From the NCBI GenBank assembly GCA_030141605.1, contig JAQGDQ010000222.1, positions 124,001 to 188,000 of the forward strand: a stretch of 64,000 nucleotides of DNA, given 5' to 3'. This document shows positions 45,211-58,650 of the stretch, one piece after another (the stretch's first letter is position 1; the number at the start of each line of letters is the position of its first letter). Made by a program: the position numbers and the translations under genes. The notes beneath the pieces are model-generated. The model was not told the DNA's origin. It made no database searches and was given only the letters and a program-made list of their open reading frames with translations. The stretch is from Tubiluchus corallicola. Taxonomy: Eukaryota > Animalia > Priapulida.

Positions 45211-47015
45211 CGCTTTAAGAACCAATTGCTTGTGTATGGCAAATTTTAAACTTTACCTCAGAATTGTAATAAAATGTGTAAAATGAGAGAAGCTTCGAGT
45301 TTAGGTACTGAAATCATGTACTAAACACCTAGGACAGGGCGAAAAGCAAGCATCTATCAGGCATTGCTGAATTAGAGTCTAAAACGAGATAAATGACCAC
45401 GCAACCCCTTATTATCTTTGCAACTGAAAATGATCTCAACCATCTGAAGTCTGAATGTATTGCAGTGTTTTGTTGATTTTGTAAAAATATCTTAATTTAT
45501 TTTAAAACGTGCTAAAGCTATTACGTGCAGTAAATCTAGCCTAAATAAACGAAATTTTATGGCAAATAAACTTATTAAGATGGGCAGGCGACTATTCAAA
45601 GTGACTTGAGAAGTTATCGATACTCGCGCTGCAAATTCGGATAATCGAATTTTCGTGTAATTTTTAGTGAAATCCATTTCTAAACACAACTGGAGTGCGT
45701 AGGCAATGACAATACATAATCCCATAATATTGACATTGTGCATTGCTGCTGAAACAATGTTACAAAAACAGTAATTGAAAAAAAGTTGTAGCACCTAGCA
45801 AGTTGATAGGCAGCAATTATAATCTAACTAATCATGTCACCATTATAAGAATTCTGAAAGATGTAACAACATGTCGTCTAAGGGGGTGCAGTTGAAATTC
45901 AATATTCTCCAACTGAATAATTGTTAACGCAACAAAAATCATAGACGGATTCATGGACAGTTTTATGTTTTCTCTCTTACAAAAAGCAGATATCTCGAAA
46001 TACTTTATACATAATTTATCATCAGATTTATACATATCATCATCAGTGTTATGTGGGCAATATGGCACACCGGGAAATGGCAGATTGAAAAAAAACAAAA
46101 ATACAGAAAAACTGCCCTCCCCACGGCCAGTATCAACACTCCTCAGAAACCCCAATGATCAATTACATTAATAATAAAAAGGTAAACACGTAAATAATAA
46201 TTTAACTGATATAATCATGTTACAAGCTATCTACTGAATTTTTGGATGTAGAATAAACCATCCACTATTAATATGCTGAGAATTATCTAAATCTTTTTGT
46301 TCATTAATCAGATAACCACAAAATTTCTTTATGTAATCTCTTTTGGATGTGTCCAATAAAATCTTGTTTAATTGTTATTGCGAAGGATTTCTTTTAAGTC
46401 TAAGTGTCTGCTAATGGTATCCACAATTAGCTCTTCTCCTGATACTGTTCAACGTTTTAGTTTCAGAGAAGATTGGTGATGCTTTTTATAAGAGATCCGC
46501 CACGTACACGACAAATGCGCACGGCGGTCATTCAATTCACTCGTCTCCTAAATGTCTGTGCGGCAAATTAGCAATAGAACTATAGACATTTTTGTTACCA
46601 TTAACGACATAGCTAATTGACATGAAAAATATTAGTGTTAGCCTTAGATATCATTTTAAAAAGTGCTGATATTAGTGGTAACTGAAATTTTTAGTATAGA
46701 CATTTAGGTAAGCTTACATCCAAGCTAAACTGCATTATTTACAGGACGTAGGCCCAATAGGCCCACACTAAACTTTTAAAAGCTGTAAGCTTTTGTGCAG
46801 CGCTTTTGTGTTTATCAATGTTTATGGAAATAGTCTTAACAGCAGTACCTGAGCTAGTGATAAACTTTCAGCTAAAATGTCAGCTTGCACTATAAAACCA
46901 CAAATTTTGTTATAGCAACATTAATTAAGTCTACGTTCAAATTAGTCCAGACAACAATTAAAGTTTATACTCGAGGGCCACGTTGTTCTGAGTTGTTTAC
47001 TTTACTTCTCTTTAA

Positions 47016-48081
47016 AACACAAAAAGCACTCTAAATAAATAAAGTTTAATACATTCGCCTTGAAATTTTATATCACCTATATGCTGCCTTATTGCGCACA
47101 GAGCTTGCGTTAGCAGAAACGCTGTATAAAACTGGCAAATTTAAACTCCCGCGATGACCTTTAGAATGCAGCCATTTTGAGAGTAGTCGTTTGGAATAAG
47201 TTTACATAACATTGCGCAAACGTTTGAAAAAAGCTTCAGCGCATTCGTAGCACACTCTTCGCTAATAAGAAAAAGTTTAAATTACTTTATATTGTGGTGA
47301 TTGAGTGAGTGAGTGGTGCACACTTGGATGGTGATGCAGTGCCGTTTACCAGGCGGCGCGAATATTTAAATTTTTAAAAATTTTCTCTTTCAAGCAGGCA
47401 AACATAATATTAAAAGAAGACAGGATGATTTTTCATATACTACCCCATTTTTAAGTCTGATAAATATATACATTTTTACGCAATTAATATTGCAAAAGCG
47501 TTTCTGATAATTAAATAATAGATTAAAAACTTAATTAACGGCGGGCGAGCCCAACTATTGATGACATCACAAACGAACATAATTTTCAACAGCAAAAACA
47601 TTCCACGAGCGTGTTGCACGTATTTGCGAAAGCGAAAATTGAAGTACAGTGCTACTGTGAGATAATAAGTGTGTTGTACTAAAACTAGTACTTTAAAAAA
47701 TTTTCAAGATAAAAATTCAAATTTCGAATTTACCGCTGTACTCACGCATGGGCTGTCGAACGTGTGTAGTTCGTCACAAACTAACACATCCAAACTGAGC
47801 AGCAGGTATTTTTTATGCAATGCGTTTCCGAAATACAGGCACTAGTGCCCATCTAACTAGTGAATGACGAAATGCATGTAACAGCGAAGAACTAGTGTTT
47901 GTGTGGTAATAATTCTTTCACGTAAGTCATTTTTGAAAAAATAGTATGTTTCCTTTCTATATTTTAAAGAGTAGATTGTTTTTACCTACAGTTTAAGATT
48001 GGGTCCGGTATTGCTTTAAGTTATGTAACTTTGTGTAGGAAGTTTTTTAGGACATTCTTTAAGCTAGCCTTTTCTTTCCCT
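47016..48081 (+). mobile_element. TTAA-flanked MITE family B, interrupted by a family A element
   Basis: Matches 49869-50344 and 56845-57322 on both sides of a 602-bp insert; TTAA at both ends. Confidence 0.8.
47414..48015 (-). mobile_element. TTAA-flanked MITE family A (apparently complete)
   Basis: TTAA at 47410-47413 and 48016-48019; homologous to 1241-1345 and 25390-25693. Confidence 0.8.
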
Positions 48082-48964
48082 TTAAATATTCTGGAGTTTC
48101 TTCAAGCTCGTGCACTGCGTAGTCTTCAGATTGAACAGAAATTGCATGCTGCACTTGCAGCTTACTGCGTATTACACAAAGGCAGAATGCTTTTGAAGCA
48201 CAAGAACAAGACATCAGAGTAGTTCCTGAACGCGATTGTTGTTTGCACAAAACCAATAGAGGAAACCAAAACTCTCTACAATAATTGTTCATGCACAAGA
48301 AGCAGGAAGGCAAGGGTCAGACGAGGACACATTACACTACACTCGTGCAAAATGACGCGCATTCAAAGAAGTCCGTCAATCAAATTATAATCGACTTCAT
48401 TTTAGAAGAATATAAATTACACACGTTTTAGAAAAGCAAACCAATTCATTTTTGTGTGAGACGCAAAGACGACGAAAAATAAGTGCGACCGAGTTCAGAT
48501 TCAATCACCATTCAAGCGCATTTAATACACTGCTTTTATTCCTATTACGCAAAAATCAATGTTGGTTCTCTTCGTCTTTTTCGGTAAAAGAAAATTTTGA
48601 GATTGTTTATTAGATTGCGATCTTCAAAGACTTGCTTTATAAGGTCATCCGGCTTTACAAGATGAGTTAAGGCATTTTAAGGCACAACTTTAAGGCATTT
48701 TGAGTGTCGCAGTTCCCACGAAGTGTTCTGATTTTGTTATAAGGGTGTCCCTATAACAATGGCCACCATGTGTTACTTTTACCATACCAGCAGAATTCTT
48801 TTCAGCGGTAACAGAGCAACTAGAGGAGTCAATATGCAGCACCAAACGGTCAGTCTTTTTGATCTAGGAAACAGGTTCATTTAATACTTTTGGGCTACTT
48901 GGTGAAAGATCGATTATATGTCATTGACGGTGGGTGACAGGAACGAAGGTCAAAAAGTCAATCA

Positions 48965-49265
48965 AGCTCTATAGAAACTAGAAGAGGAAGAGTGAAGTGG
49001 GCCACAGAAGAGGAAAAGAAAGGAACACAGATGAAATAAAGAAAGAATAAAGCAAATGAAAGGAACAAAAAGGAGGGGAAGCAATGGAAAAGTAGGAAAA
49101 ACAGAGAAGGAAAACAAGTAAGAAGAAAGGAGCACTGAAGAGGGAGGCGAAGAGAGGAGAGAAAGGAAGAACACGTAAAGCTGTGGAGAAAAAGTGAGAG
49201 GGAAGGGAGAAGAAAAGAGGAGAAAAGAACTGCAAAGAAAAAATAGAAAAGAAAGATAAGGAGAA
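48965..49265. repeat. GA-rich low-complexity tract
   Basis: Polypurine composition. Confidence 0.8.
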
Positions 49266-49868
49266 CGGCTAATAATTGAAGATTTTTTAATCAAATATAT
49301 TTTTGCAATTCGCCGAGGCGAGAAACTACTTTTTGCTTAATCAAGATGGTGTGCAATATTGTTGAAATCTATGAAAATAGAAAGTTCAACACATTAGCGT
49401 GATTATAAATAAACGATAAAATTAGATCAGCACAAGCAAAATCGAACTCAGTGTTAGAGCTTACTGGTGTGTTTTTCCCTTAATTCAGTAATCTGACACA
49501 GATGTGAAAATACTGGCATCAAGGAATAAGACGCTCTTTATATATCAAGAAGCTGCTGAAAATAAGTTATGTATTCTTTTTACTTGTGCTAGACGTAGTC
49601 ATTTATACTGTTATTCTTAAGGGTAATAGTTAACTATGATATTATTGTATAGCTAACGTAATTTGAATAATACGTATGCTGCCATTATAATCTCTTTTCT
49701 TTCTCAGTCACGATTGAGCCTAAGGCAAAAAATATGGAAACAAGAGTAACTGAGTTTTTACTGAGTGAGCATATTTTTCACAATTATATATTATAACAAT
49801 ATAAGTAACTAAAAAATTATAATTTTATACATCATTCAGCAATATTTGAAAAATGCACAAGTGGTTAA

Positions 49869-50344
49869 AGCACACGAAAGCCCTACACTTACATAAAGCT
49901 TAAAAAATTTGTTTTGAAATTTTATACCACTTACGTAATGCCGTTTTGCATGCAGGGTTTAAGTCGGCCGCAACGCTCTATAAAATATGTGAATTTAAAC
50001 TCCCGCGATGACAGTTAGGCGCAGCCATTTTGATGGTAGGTCGTTTAAAATAAATTTGATAACACTGAGTAAAGTTTGAAAAAATAATCAGAACATTCGT
50101 AACATACGTGTTTCTAATTAAGTAAAATTTTAAATTACTGCATCTTGTCAATAAGATTAAAAATAAGTTTATGATTAGTGAGTGGCGCACCCTGGAGGAC
50201 GACATTTTACCATTTGGCACAAACATTTTAAATTATTATTTTTAGTTACATTAGTCTTTCCAGCAGGTAAGTGAAATGCTAAATAATACAGATTTGTGTG
50301 GAAATTTTTTTTGGACATAATTTAACATTGCCTTTTCTTCCCCT
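49869..50344 (+). mobile_element. MITE family B copy
   Basis: ttaa|agcacacgaaag start; shared core aaactcccgcgatgac...gcagccattttg. Confidence 0.8.
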
Positions 50345-51661
50345 GATTTGCGTAGTGACGTCATGTAATGGCGCCGACGGAACAGTATTGCGGGAAATTG
50401 AAAATAAAAACAAACAAAATCCCTGTTAAAGCGAGTACGATGTACACGTAAAATTGCTGTAAAGTAGTGTAATCTTTTAATGCGATTTTTCTTAAACCAA
50501 CACCAGGTACCCCTTTTCTTGTCCTTTATTGAATTTAGTGTTGAAAGGATGATGAGAGAACTACAAGCTCTCGAGGTCACTCACCCTCCCAGAAATGTTA
50601 CTATCAATAATTCATTAATTAATGTTCATATATCAAATAATATAATATTATCAATTTTGCATTTAAGACGATTGTTAAGTGAAGTATGACGTAAAAGTTT
50701 TAGTTTCCAGTGGACAAAAAGAGTATAAAAAGAGTATACAATACAATAAATTTGTATTGTAAATTTAATTTTGACTATGAAAGGTGGCACATTAAACATT
50801 TTTACTGTGAATACTATTAAGATGACTATGGTTATGAAAGAATTACAGAAAAGTGAGTACAATTGAGTAAGAAACACTAAAAGACATGAAGATTGTTTGG
50901 CATTTTACCAACTTTTCGTGCAAATATTAGCCATTTATGACATTCTTTTGCAAGCACAAGACGTGTAGCTAAATATTTACTGTTGGAATCGGGTGTGCGC
51001 GCTGAATTTTGCAATTTATGGCGAAAACTTAAATTTAATCGGCTGCTATGTTGACAGTAGACCCATGTAATGAATTAAGTGAGACAGGAAGAATATTGTG
51101 TGCAAATATCTTGACGTAATAACACGTGACGTAATTTATTTTTCCGTTCTTGCAACTGTACAAACATCTATTCACTGCCATTCCTCTTTCGGAGAAATTT
51201 GAATTGTATGACAGCTCAGTAATCCGATCAAAAAGAAGATCTTGAGCACCTTGCAATCTTCTTTTAGATCTCTCATAGTTTTCGAAATTCTAACAACACA
51301 CAATAGCTGCATGTATAAGTAAAACATTTGCGTAATCGGACACGGATGGTTCACGTTGATTAATTCCAATTGTTAGTTGCTACAATAAACCTAGATGTAA
51401 ATTGTGTAACAGAAACAATAACAAAGCAGCAACAGTAATACATATGCAACAGCAGCCATAATATCAACAACATTATCAGCAGCAGAGGCAGCAGCATCGT
51501 CAGCACGCCAGAACGTATTGTAATCTCAGTCCGGATACACCAGTTGGGGTGTTAAATGTGCAACTGCCAAAAAGTTATTTTTATTAATTTGTCTAACAAA
51601 CGTCATGATTATTCTACTCATCTCTTTTTCCTTGATACTCATTTTTATGTTATCATTATTA

Positions 51662-51698
51662 TGTTAGTGCAAGCCATATTTCTTGGCTTGCACTAACA
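51662..51698. other. Perfect 15-bp-stem hairpin
   Basis: tgttagtgcaagcca-tatttct-tggcttgcactaaca. Confidence 0.85.
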
Positions 51699-54600
51699 CT
51701 AGGTCACCACGGCTGTTTGCGCCAGAAAATATTAGATTATACCCTGGTGAATTTTTGGTTTGTTTTTAAACTACATATCTTAGCAGTCTATGCTCTTTCC
51801 AAAATGTAGTACGACAGCAAAACAGGAGGTGTGCTGCAAAACAGTTTGAGTCAAATAACTTGAGACAGTAGTGATGGCGAAACAATTGGTTGCTGAAGTA
51901 TTAGTATTGAATTAAATCCTGCCTCGAAACAATAAAAATTAGCAATCATTAGCAGACATTAGAATTTGTAGTGCAAAACCACTGGTACCAATCCCACCTC
52001 ATTTTCGCATTTTCCTGGGCTTAGTTTAGTTTTAACAAAATTTCAAATTATGGGTTTCATTTCACTACTACTTAAACAGATAGCTTCAAAGTTAGGATTT
52101 TACACGTCCTTTTATAAAAATTCATCATACTGCAGGTTAAATTTTGTTCTCGTCTGCAGATCTTCTAATAATCTCGTATGTTGCAGCTGGACCGGAATCT
52201 AACCCGATAAAAGTGGCTTATGGTGGTGAAACATCTCTCAAACGAGAGTAATAAGAGCTATTGTGACAAACGAAACTGCTCAGGAGTTTTACAGATGGTC
52301 ACCATCTATTAGCCAATCAAGCAGTAATCTCGACTAGAGACACAATTCAGTATACCATGAAAGTTTAGACAGTGAACTGAGAAAGGTGTCCTGGCTATGT
52401 ACCATATGCATACTTCCTCCCAAAACGAGAAAACTGGTCGGAGATAATTGGCATAAACGAAACGACCCAGAAGCGGTTTCTAGGTGCCCCCCTTTATTAA
52501 CCAGCTAGGCTCAGTCGCTGCTTCACTTCGTAGTTAAGCACACACTGTGACCATTCAGCTTTTCACGTCGCATTTAAAACGATAATACCGTCAGTGTTGT
52601 GTTAGCGTTATCTACAACGTGAATAATAAAGTGTGGAGCCATAAAGCTCCCAGCAAATAGCGAGCAACGTTTTATGACGCAATTCGACGCAATTTGTTTG
52701 GAAATTATCTTTTAGGAGGCGGCGAAGAAGAGGAAATATTAAATGTAGGCACTAATCAAGCAGTGTCATCTGTAAACAGTATTTTGTTAACAAGGGTTGC
52801 TCAAGATCAATTTTATTTTTATAGGAATGAGGGCAAGAGCTGAGTTGTTTAAGTTAGACAATGCTAAGTCTGGTTGGTAGATAGATGAATGTTAGATTCT
52901 GGTCCCGCCACAACCATCTACATTAAGTAGGTCTTGTATTTGAGTGCAGAATCCCACTTTTCTGTCGCCGAACTGTATGTAAGCAACAATAATAATTACA
53001 ACAAGATTAATACAGTTGGGTAAAAGCGTCATACTGAGAAGATACAAAAAATACCTGGGGATCGACAGGTATCTGTCTGCATAAACTTCTTTGCTACTTT
53101 CTGGCCTTCAGTAGTAAGAGCTACTTTTTTACATGGGACAAGATTTATTTTAATTACAAAACTGAATTTTTAATAAGTACACGCTTACAAACCACTTGAT
53201 TTAGCTAGATGCTCGAGCACAGAAAATTGACTTCAGAAATCATAGCTGTAATCTAACCGCTATCTATCTGGTCTATCTGTCCTTCCGTTCGTTCGTCCAT
53301 CAATCAATCAATCCATCCATCCATCCATCCATCCATCCATCCGTCTATCTATTTATCTATCTAACATGATAAGCGGGCATTTACAAATCAAGCTATGCTG
53401 GCCAAATTTCACATGTCAGCAACCGAATAAATAAGGCTTTCATGGGAGTAAAGGACTACGTAGTTGCCACTTCCGGGTTAATGCTGATAGAAAATTGAAT
53501 TGCATCGTCTTGACAAATTATAGCCAGTAAGATACCCCCTGTGACAGTCTCATTACTGGAAGCATCAATCAAATTCAAGTCTGTTGAAATGTGGATGAAA
53601 TTTTCGGCAGTCATTTTGTTTATACAATGTAAAAAGGCCGCTCCTGCAACGCGGTCAAGCGAACAAGAATAAATGACAGATTGTGTCAGCAAAGTTTTCC
53701 AACCTTTTTCATTCACAGTGCGAACAGTCAGGACCTCATAATAACGATCATACAGCCCCCAGGTTCCCCAAACCCATTTGTTCCTCAACAAAAAATAATT
53801 TTCTTAAAAAATCAGTACCACGCTATAGTTTATGCAGGTAAACATAAGATGTAAACCACTTTAGCTCCTTAATTCCTGGAGATTTGTATGTTAGCAGTTT
53901 GTTGCATTAGCGATTGATTTCTAGTCCCTAATCATTTCGTCCCGTCTGTTGGTTATCTACTCAACAAAATAAATTTTTTTTTTTAAATGCAATGATGCTG
54001 ATGCAAGGACCAATAAAGCGCTTACTTGCTTGCTTACTTACTTACTTACTTACTTGTTTATTTATTTAACTTTTTTCGTACGTAAAGGACAGTTCCTACA
54101 TTAAAATGTAGACGACACCTATTAAAATCATTGTTAGCCCTTAAATGCATGATTTTTTCAAGATGTCAACGAATCTCGCTAATGCTATTTTTAACGTAGA
54201 TTTCAAAAATGATAATGACAAATTTCAGCAAATTTCTGGAAACAGATATTTCGAAAATATTTTTTGTTATTTTTAGATGTTAGTTAATTTTTTTGTTAGT
54301 TAAATATGCTACGTCAGAATTTAAACAATTTCTTTTGTACCAAATACGATACATCATGGGCATGCTCGATGTTAGACAACACACGCTTGAACAAGTGTAT
54401 CTGTTTGGTCTAATATTTCCACTTTTTGGCTTTTCCCAGCTTTATACTTGCACTACTTTGGTTTAAAATGGTAGAGTGAGTTACAGAGGACGTTTGTTTG
54501 CTTATTGTTAATGTAAACAACAATTGTGATGTTTACCATTATTGATAACTTATTGTTACCGTACTAAACCATACACTTGTTAAAATGAATAAAGTAAACT

Positions 54601-56844
54601 ATAAACTAATTAGTTTGTTTCGTCTTCTTCTATGGTATTAAAAACGTCAAATTTTCGGAAATAATAGTAACTTGCTTTTTTAATGCATTCTGCGCAGAAT
54701 GAAATGCAGGGTAGCAAAATCCGTAAAAATCTTCTAATAAGATTGACGTCTTCTTTGGTTAATCTCGGTTCGAGTATGATGGCGCGGGATTTTATGACAA
54801 TGTTATCTTATCATACAGATGTTTGCATAGCATACCGATCAAGAAGAACTCTCATCTTTGCGAAATTTACAGATTTTTTATGTGAACATAATCCATCTAA
54901 GACGCCGAGACGGCAACACGGTCGCGGAGTAATCCATATCGGGGCAAAATTTAATTTCGTAATGTCATTTAATATATACAATTGCTTTGATTGACGTGCA
55001 CATAATAGTCAACATATTTGTCTGGCGAATCGTTGCAATAATAAATATGCGCATGAAATTTAACGATTTTGATACCAGACAAAGCAAGCAATTTCATCTC
55101 TAGATTGGATCTATATGACCGGAGAAGAAGAAATTTACATGCAGAATTGTGACCGAATTTTCTGACAGGATTGAGTGGAATTACTTTGAACAAAGAACAA
55201 ATTTCCTGTTTTGTCTTTTCTGTTGTTTTCCAGAAACTTGCTTCTTCATTGGAATTTAGAAATCTGAAGTCACAATCAGTCATTTTAACTAAGAACCGAT
55301 GCGCGGGTGCGTCATCCAGGCGAAGAAAACGTCTTTTAAACTGTGCAGGAGTTACTAATAAGAGAAATATATGTGCTACTGCTTACCTACCTATTGCCTA
55401 CTTACTTGGATTTGACATAGAATCATGTCTGGTTGGAAGAAGATAAAATGACAGACACCTACCTTATCCATATCTCTTTTCATTCCTTCAGCCCTACCTT
55501 ACTCAGACTCAGAAGGCAGAAAAATGGTTGTCCTATATCTTATAAGAGATGTCCTATATCTTAACTCAATCTTATCAAAGCCTTATCAAAAACTTCAATA
55601 AGAATTAAATGTTTTTTATATATATAGAGCATATTGTTCTAATACTAGTCAAATTTAAATATAACAAATTAGATTTCATTAAAATTTAGATCATCATAAA
55701 AACAGCCAAAGACAAATTTGATTAAAATGTTCTAAATTGAAAAATATAGCTTGCTAGAAATTTTGTAAAGTGCTTATTTACTACTTCTTAACTATTTTTA
55801 ATATTCATAGCTGTGAAAGTTAAGAATGTCTCCGAACTTGGTCAGTGAATGGATGGATGTTTTACGTTTAAAACTGCTTTCACTCCCTCTCGTCTTTTTC
55901 TCCTGTCCCCTCTCCCCATCCCTTTCCCTTCCTTACAAAATAGATTGTATGTTTGACCAAAAATAGCACACTCGCTCCTTTCAGTCTTTTCCAAAATTTG
56001 CATATTTTGACCACGAAATGCTTGTATTGAACTGAATTTTATTTGCACTTTTAAAAAATAGCAACAAATGCAGCTAAATGTAAAGGGTTAAGCTGAAGCA
56101 ACTATCGCTAACAATACACAAAATAAGGGCAAAATTTTGGCCACACATTAATTAACTTAACAAAGCAGGCAGCGACATAAGGAGCCCCATAGGCGTACGA
56201 GCCGGGGGTGCAACGGTATTGACGTAACAGTGTCTTTAAATAAGGCAACAGATCAGTGTGATCACTAACTTTTTAACTATTTATTGTCACAATGGAATTG
56301 CACGTCAAACCAATATCATTTCACTACAAGATCCTTGCATACACCAACGTAAAACAATAATCACGACTCTGTGGTAAAAAGTCACAATGGAAGGTCTTAC
56401 GATGCTGGCTAGGTAAGCTTAGACCTATAACTAGCGCGGAAATTAACGCTACTAACATCCGACAAACAGGATGCACCAACCGCAGGAATGGTATCTACGC
56501 TCTTTCTACCCCATCTCCATATAACAACGGCCAACAATCTGGCGAGACCACACTGCAGTTGCTGAATAGTGAAAATTTTTAAATCGACCATACATACAGA
56601 CCATTTTAAATTGTTACTGACTGTCTTCATAATAAACATTTTCAAATTATAATTTTGGAGACTACAACAAGGATTATATAATGCAATAAATTGCACTGAA
56701 TACTGTTAAAGTTTTTAAATCATTTATTGTTCGTGTGCATAGATAGTTATTTTTCAATTTTTCAATCGCTTTATTTTATTTATTTCGCAATTGATTGCTT
56801 GTAAGTATACGTGTGTTTAATATATTTTAAACCACATATGTTAA

Positions 56845-57322
56845 AGCACAAGAAAACACTCTTCATAAATAAAGCTTAAAAATTCGTTTTAAAACCTTAA
56901 ATATCTCTTACATGCTGTCCTATTGCATATAGGGTTTGCGTTAGCTGCAACATCTGTATAAAACTTGCAATTTATACTCTCGTGGTGACCATTTGGCGCA
57001 GCCATTTTAAGCATTGCGTAAAATCTGAAAATATAATCAGAGCATACATGGCACACTCTTCGCTGACTTAGGAAAGTTTAAATTTCTTCATATTTTCAAT
57101 AGCATCAATAATGTGTTTTTCGGTGAATCACTGCTGCACAGCACTGCACGCCTGGATACCAATACAGTGCCGTTTTACTAGGTGACGTAAATATTTTGAA
57201 TTATTAAGAATTTTCTTTTCCAATTAAACAGGTCTTTCTAACAGGTAGGCTTAATGCTAAGTAATATAACTTTGTGTGGAAAGTTCTTCGATATATACTT
57301 TGAAATTTCCCTTTCTTCCTCT
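56845..57322 (+). mobile_element. MITE family B copy (complete, AG...CT ends, TTAA on both sides; Kolobok-like)
   Basis: ttaa|agcacaagaaa ... tttcttcctct|ttaa. Confidence 0.82.
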
Positions 57323-58210
57323 TTAAATGTTCTTGCTTAGATTTACTTCGATTCTATAAACGTGCTTTGCTGATCCGATATCAATATTTGCATATATTAT
57401 TGCCAATATTATATTTCAAAAAAAACTTCAGCTATGGCGGAAACATTGTTGAAAATATTATGCCCGCCAGGAGCAAAATAATGGTTTGAACAGGCTTTAG
57501 AAATTGGACGAAAAAAAGACTTACTTTGTTTAGTTGAAGGCCAAATTTGTGACTTACAGTATAAGGAAATAAATCCCAGTCTGAACTGTCACTCAGTGTA
57601 CTTGGATAAATGAAAGTAGATGCTGACGAATTTTGACAAAATACGATAATATCCACATTAAATTGGCGCAATATTATTAATATTTACAATCAACAGAAAA
57701 ATGCATTAAAATAATTGGAAACATTATTCCCTCGAGAACAATGACTTTGCATATTTAGGACAAACAGCGTACAAACTGAAGAACATGTTTGTGATATTGT
57801 TCGTGATTTTTGTGTTAGAGCCATACTCTAACTTGTTTTTTCTAACATGCAACCGTTCTATGAGCTACAAATAACGACGTCAGCCTAATCAACTTTGTTA
57901 GCAAATGTTTCCTATTATTCTGAGTATATTTTCTTGTTAATTGTAATTAGTTATAATATTGTGCCCAGTTAATGTGGGCATGGTCGTCTTTTTCAGACTT
58001 TTTCTTGCTTTTGTCTTGTATTGTAAATATTGGACTGAATTCGACCCAGGCGGTCAAACTCCAAGATGGCATGGCGGTCTTAATATTGCGCATCATGAAG
58101 TTCCATTTTATAATCGTTGTGTAACCGATACTTAATTACAAATGTTAATGTTAATTACAAATGTTATGTTAATTAGCTAAATTAATGTCTGTAAACTAGT
58201 ACATTATACC

Positions 58211-58650
58211 TGTTATAGCATGTCATCTAACTCTCATAAAACAAAATACACAAAAACTACACTGTACGGAGTTTATTAACAGCACTAATAAAAATGAGGA
58301 ACCAAAACACACGTGCACAAAAAAACAATTAACCAACTCAGTAACAGCACTACACCCGAGGAGCACCTGTGTCAGAAATCCAGGCTGTAGTGACCTCTAC
58401 ACGCTTTTATACTGGCATTCCAGGTCAGCTGGCTTCTCACACCACGTGTAGGCCCAAACAAGGCGTTTGGACCTACAAGAAAGGGGTGAGTCGCTGCTGA
58501 CGTGGAAGCAGGGCGTGTAGAGGGCCCTACACCTGACCCGACACAAGTGCCTCCGCAACAATATTGTGAACACTGACTGATGAACATTTTTAGTTTCCGG
58601 ACTGTCATCCGTATCAAAGTTTTTGTATATATTATGTTGTTCGTGTAACA
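58211..58650 (-). mobile_element. Probable solo LTR
   Basis: TGTTA...TAACA termini; minus-strand TATAAAA (58405-58411) followed by AATAAA (58272-58277); no clean TSD. Confidence 0.6.

Noticed and set aside
53456-53791. 111-aa minus-strand ORF
   Set aside because: No recognisable domain, no ATG start and no convincing splice sites
54683-55446. Cluster of ~100-aa ORFs, faintly like a decayed LINE endonuclease
   Set aside because: Similarity too weak to call by eye
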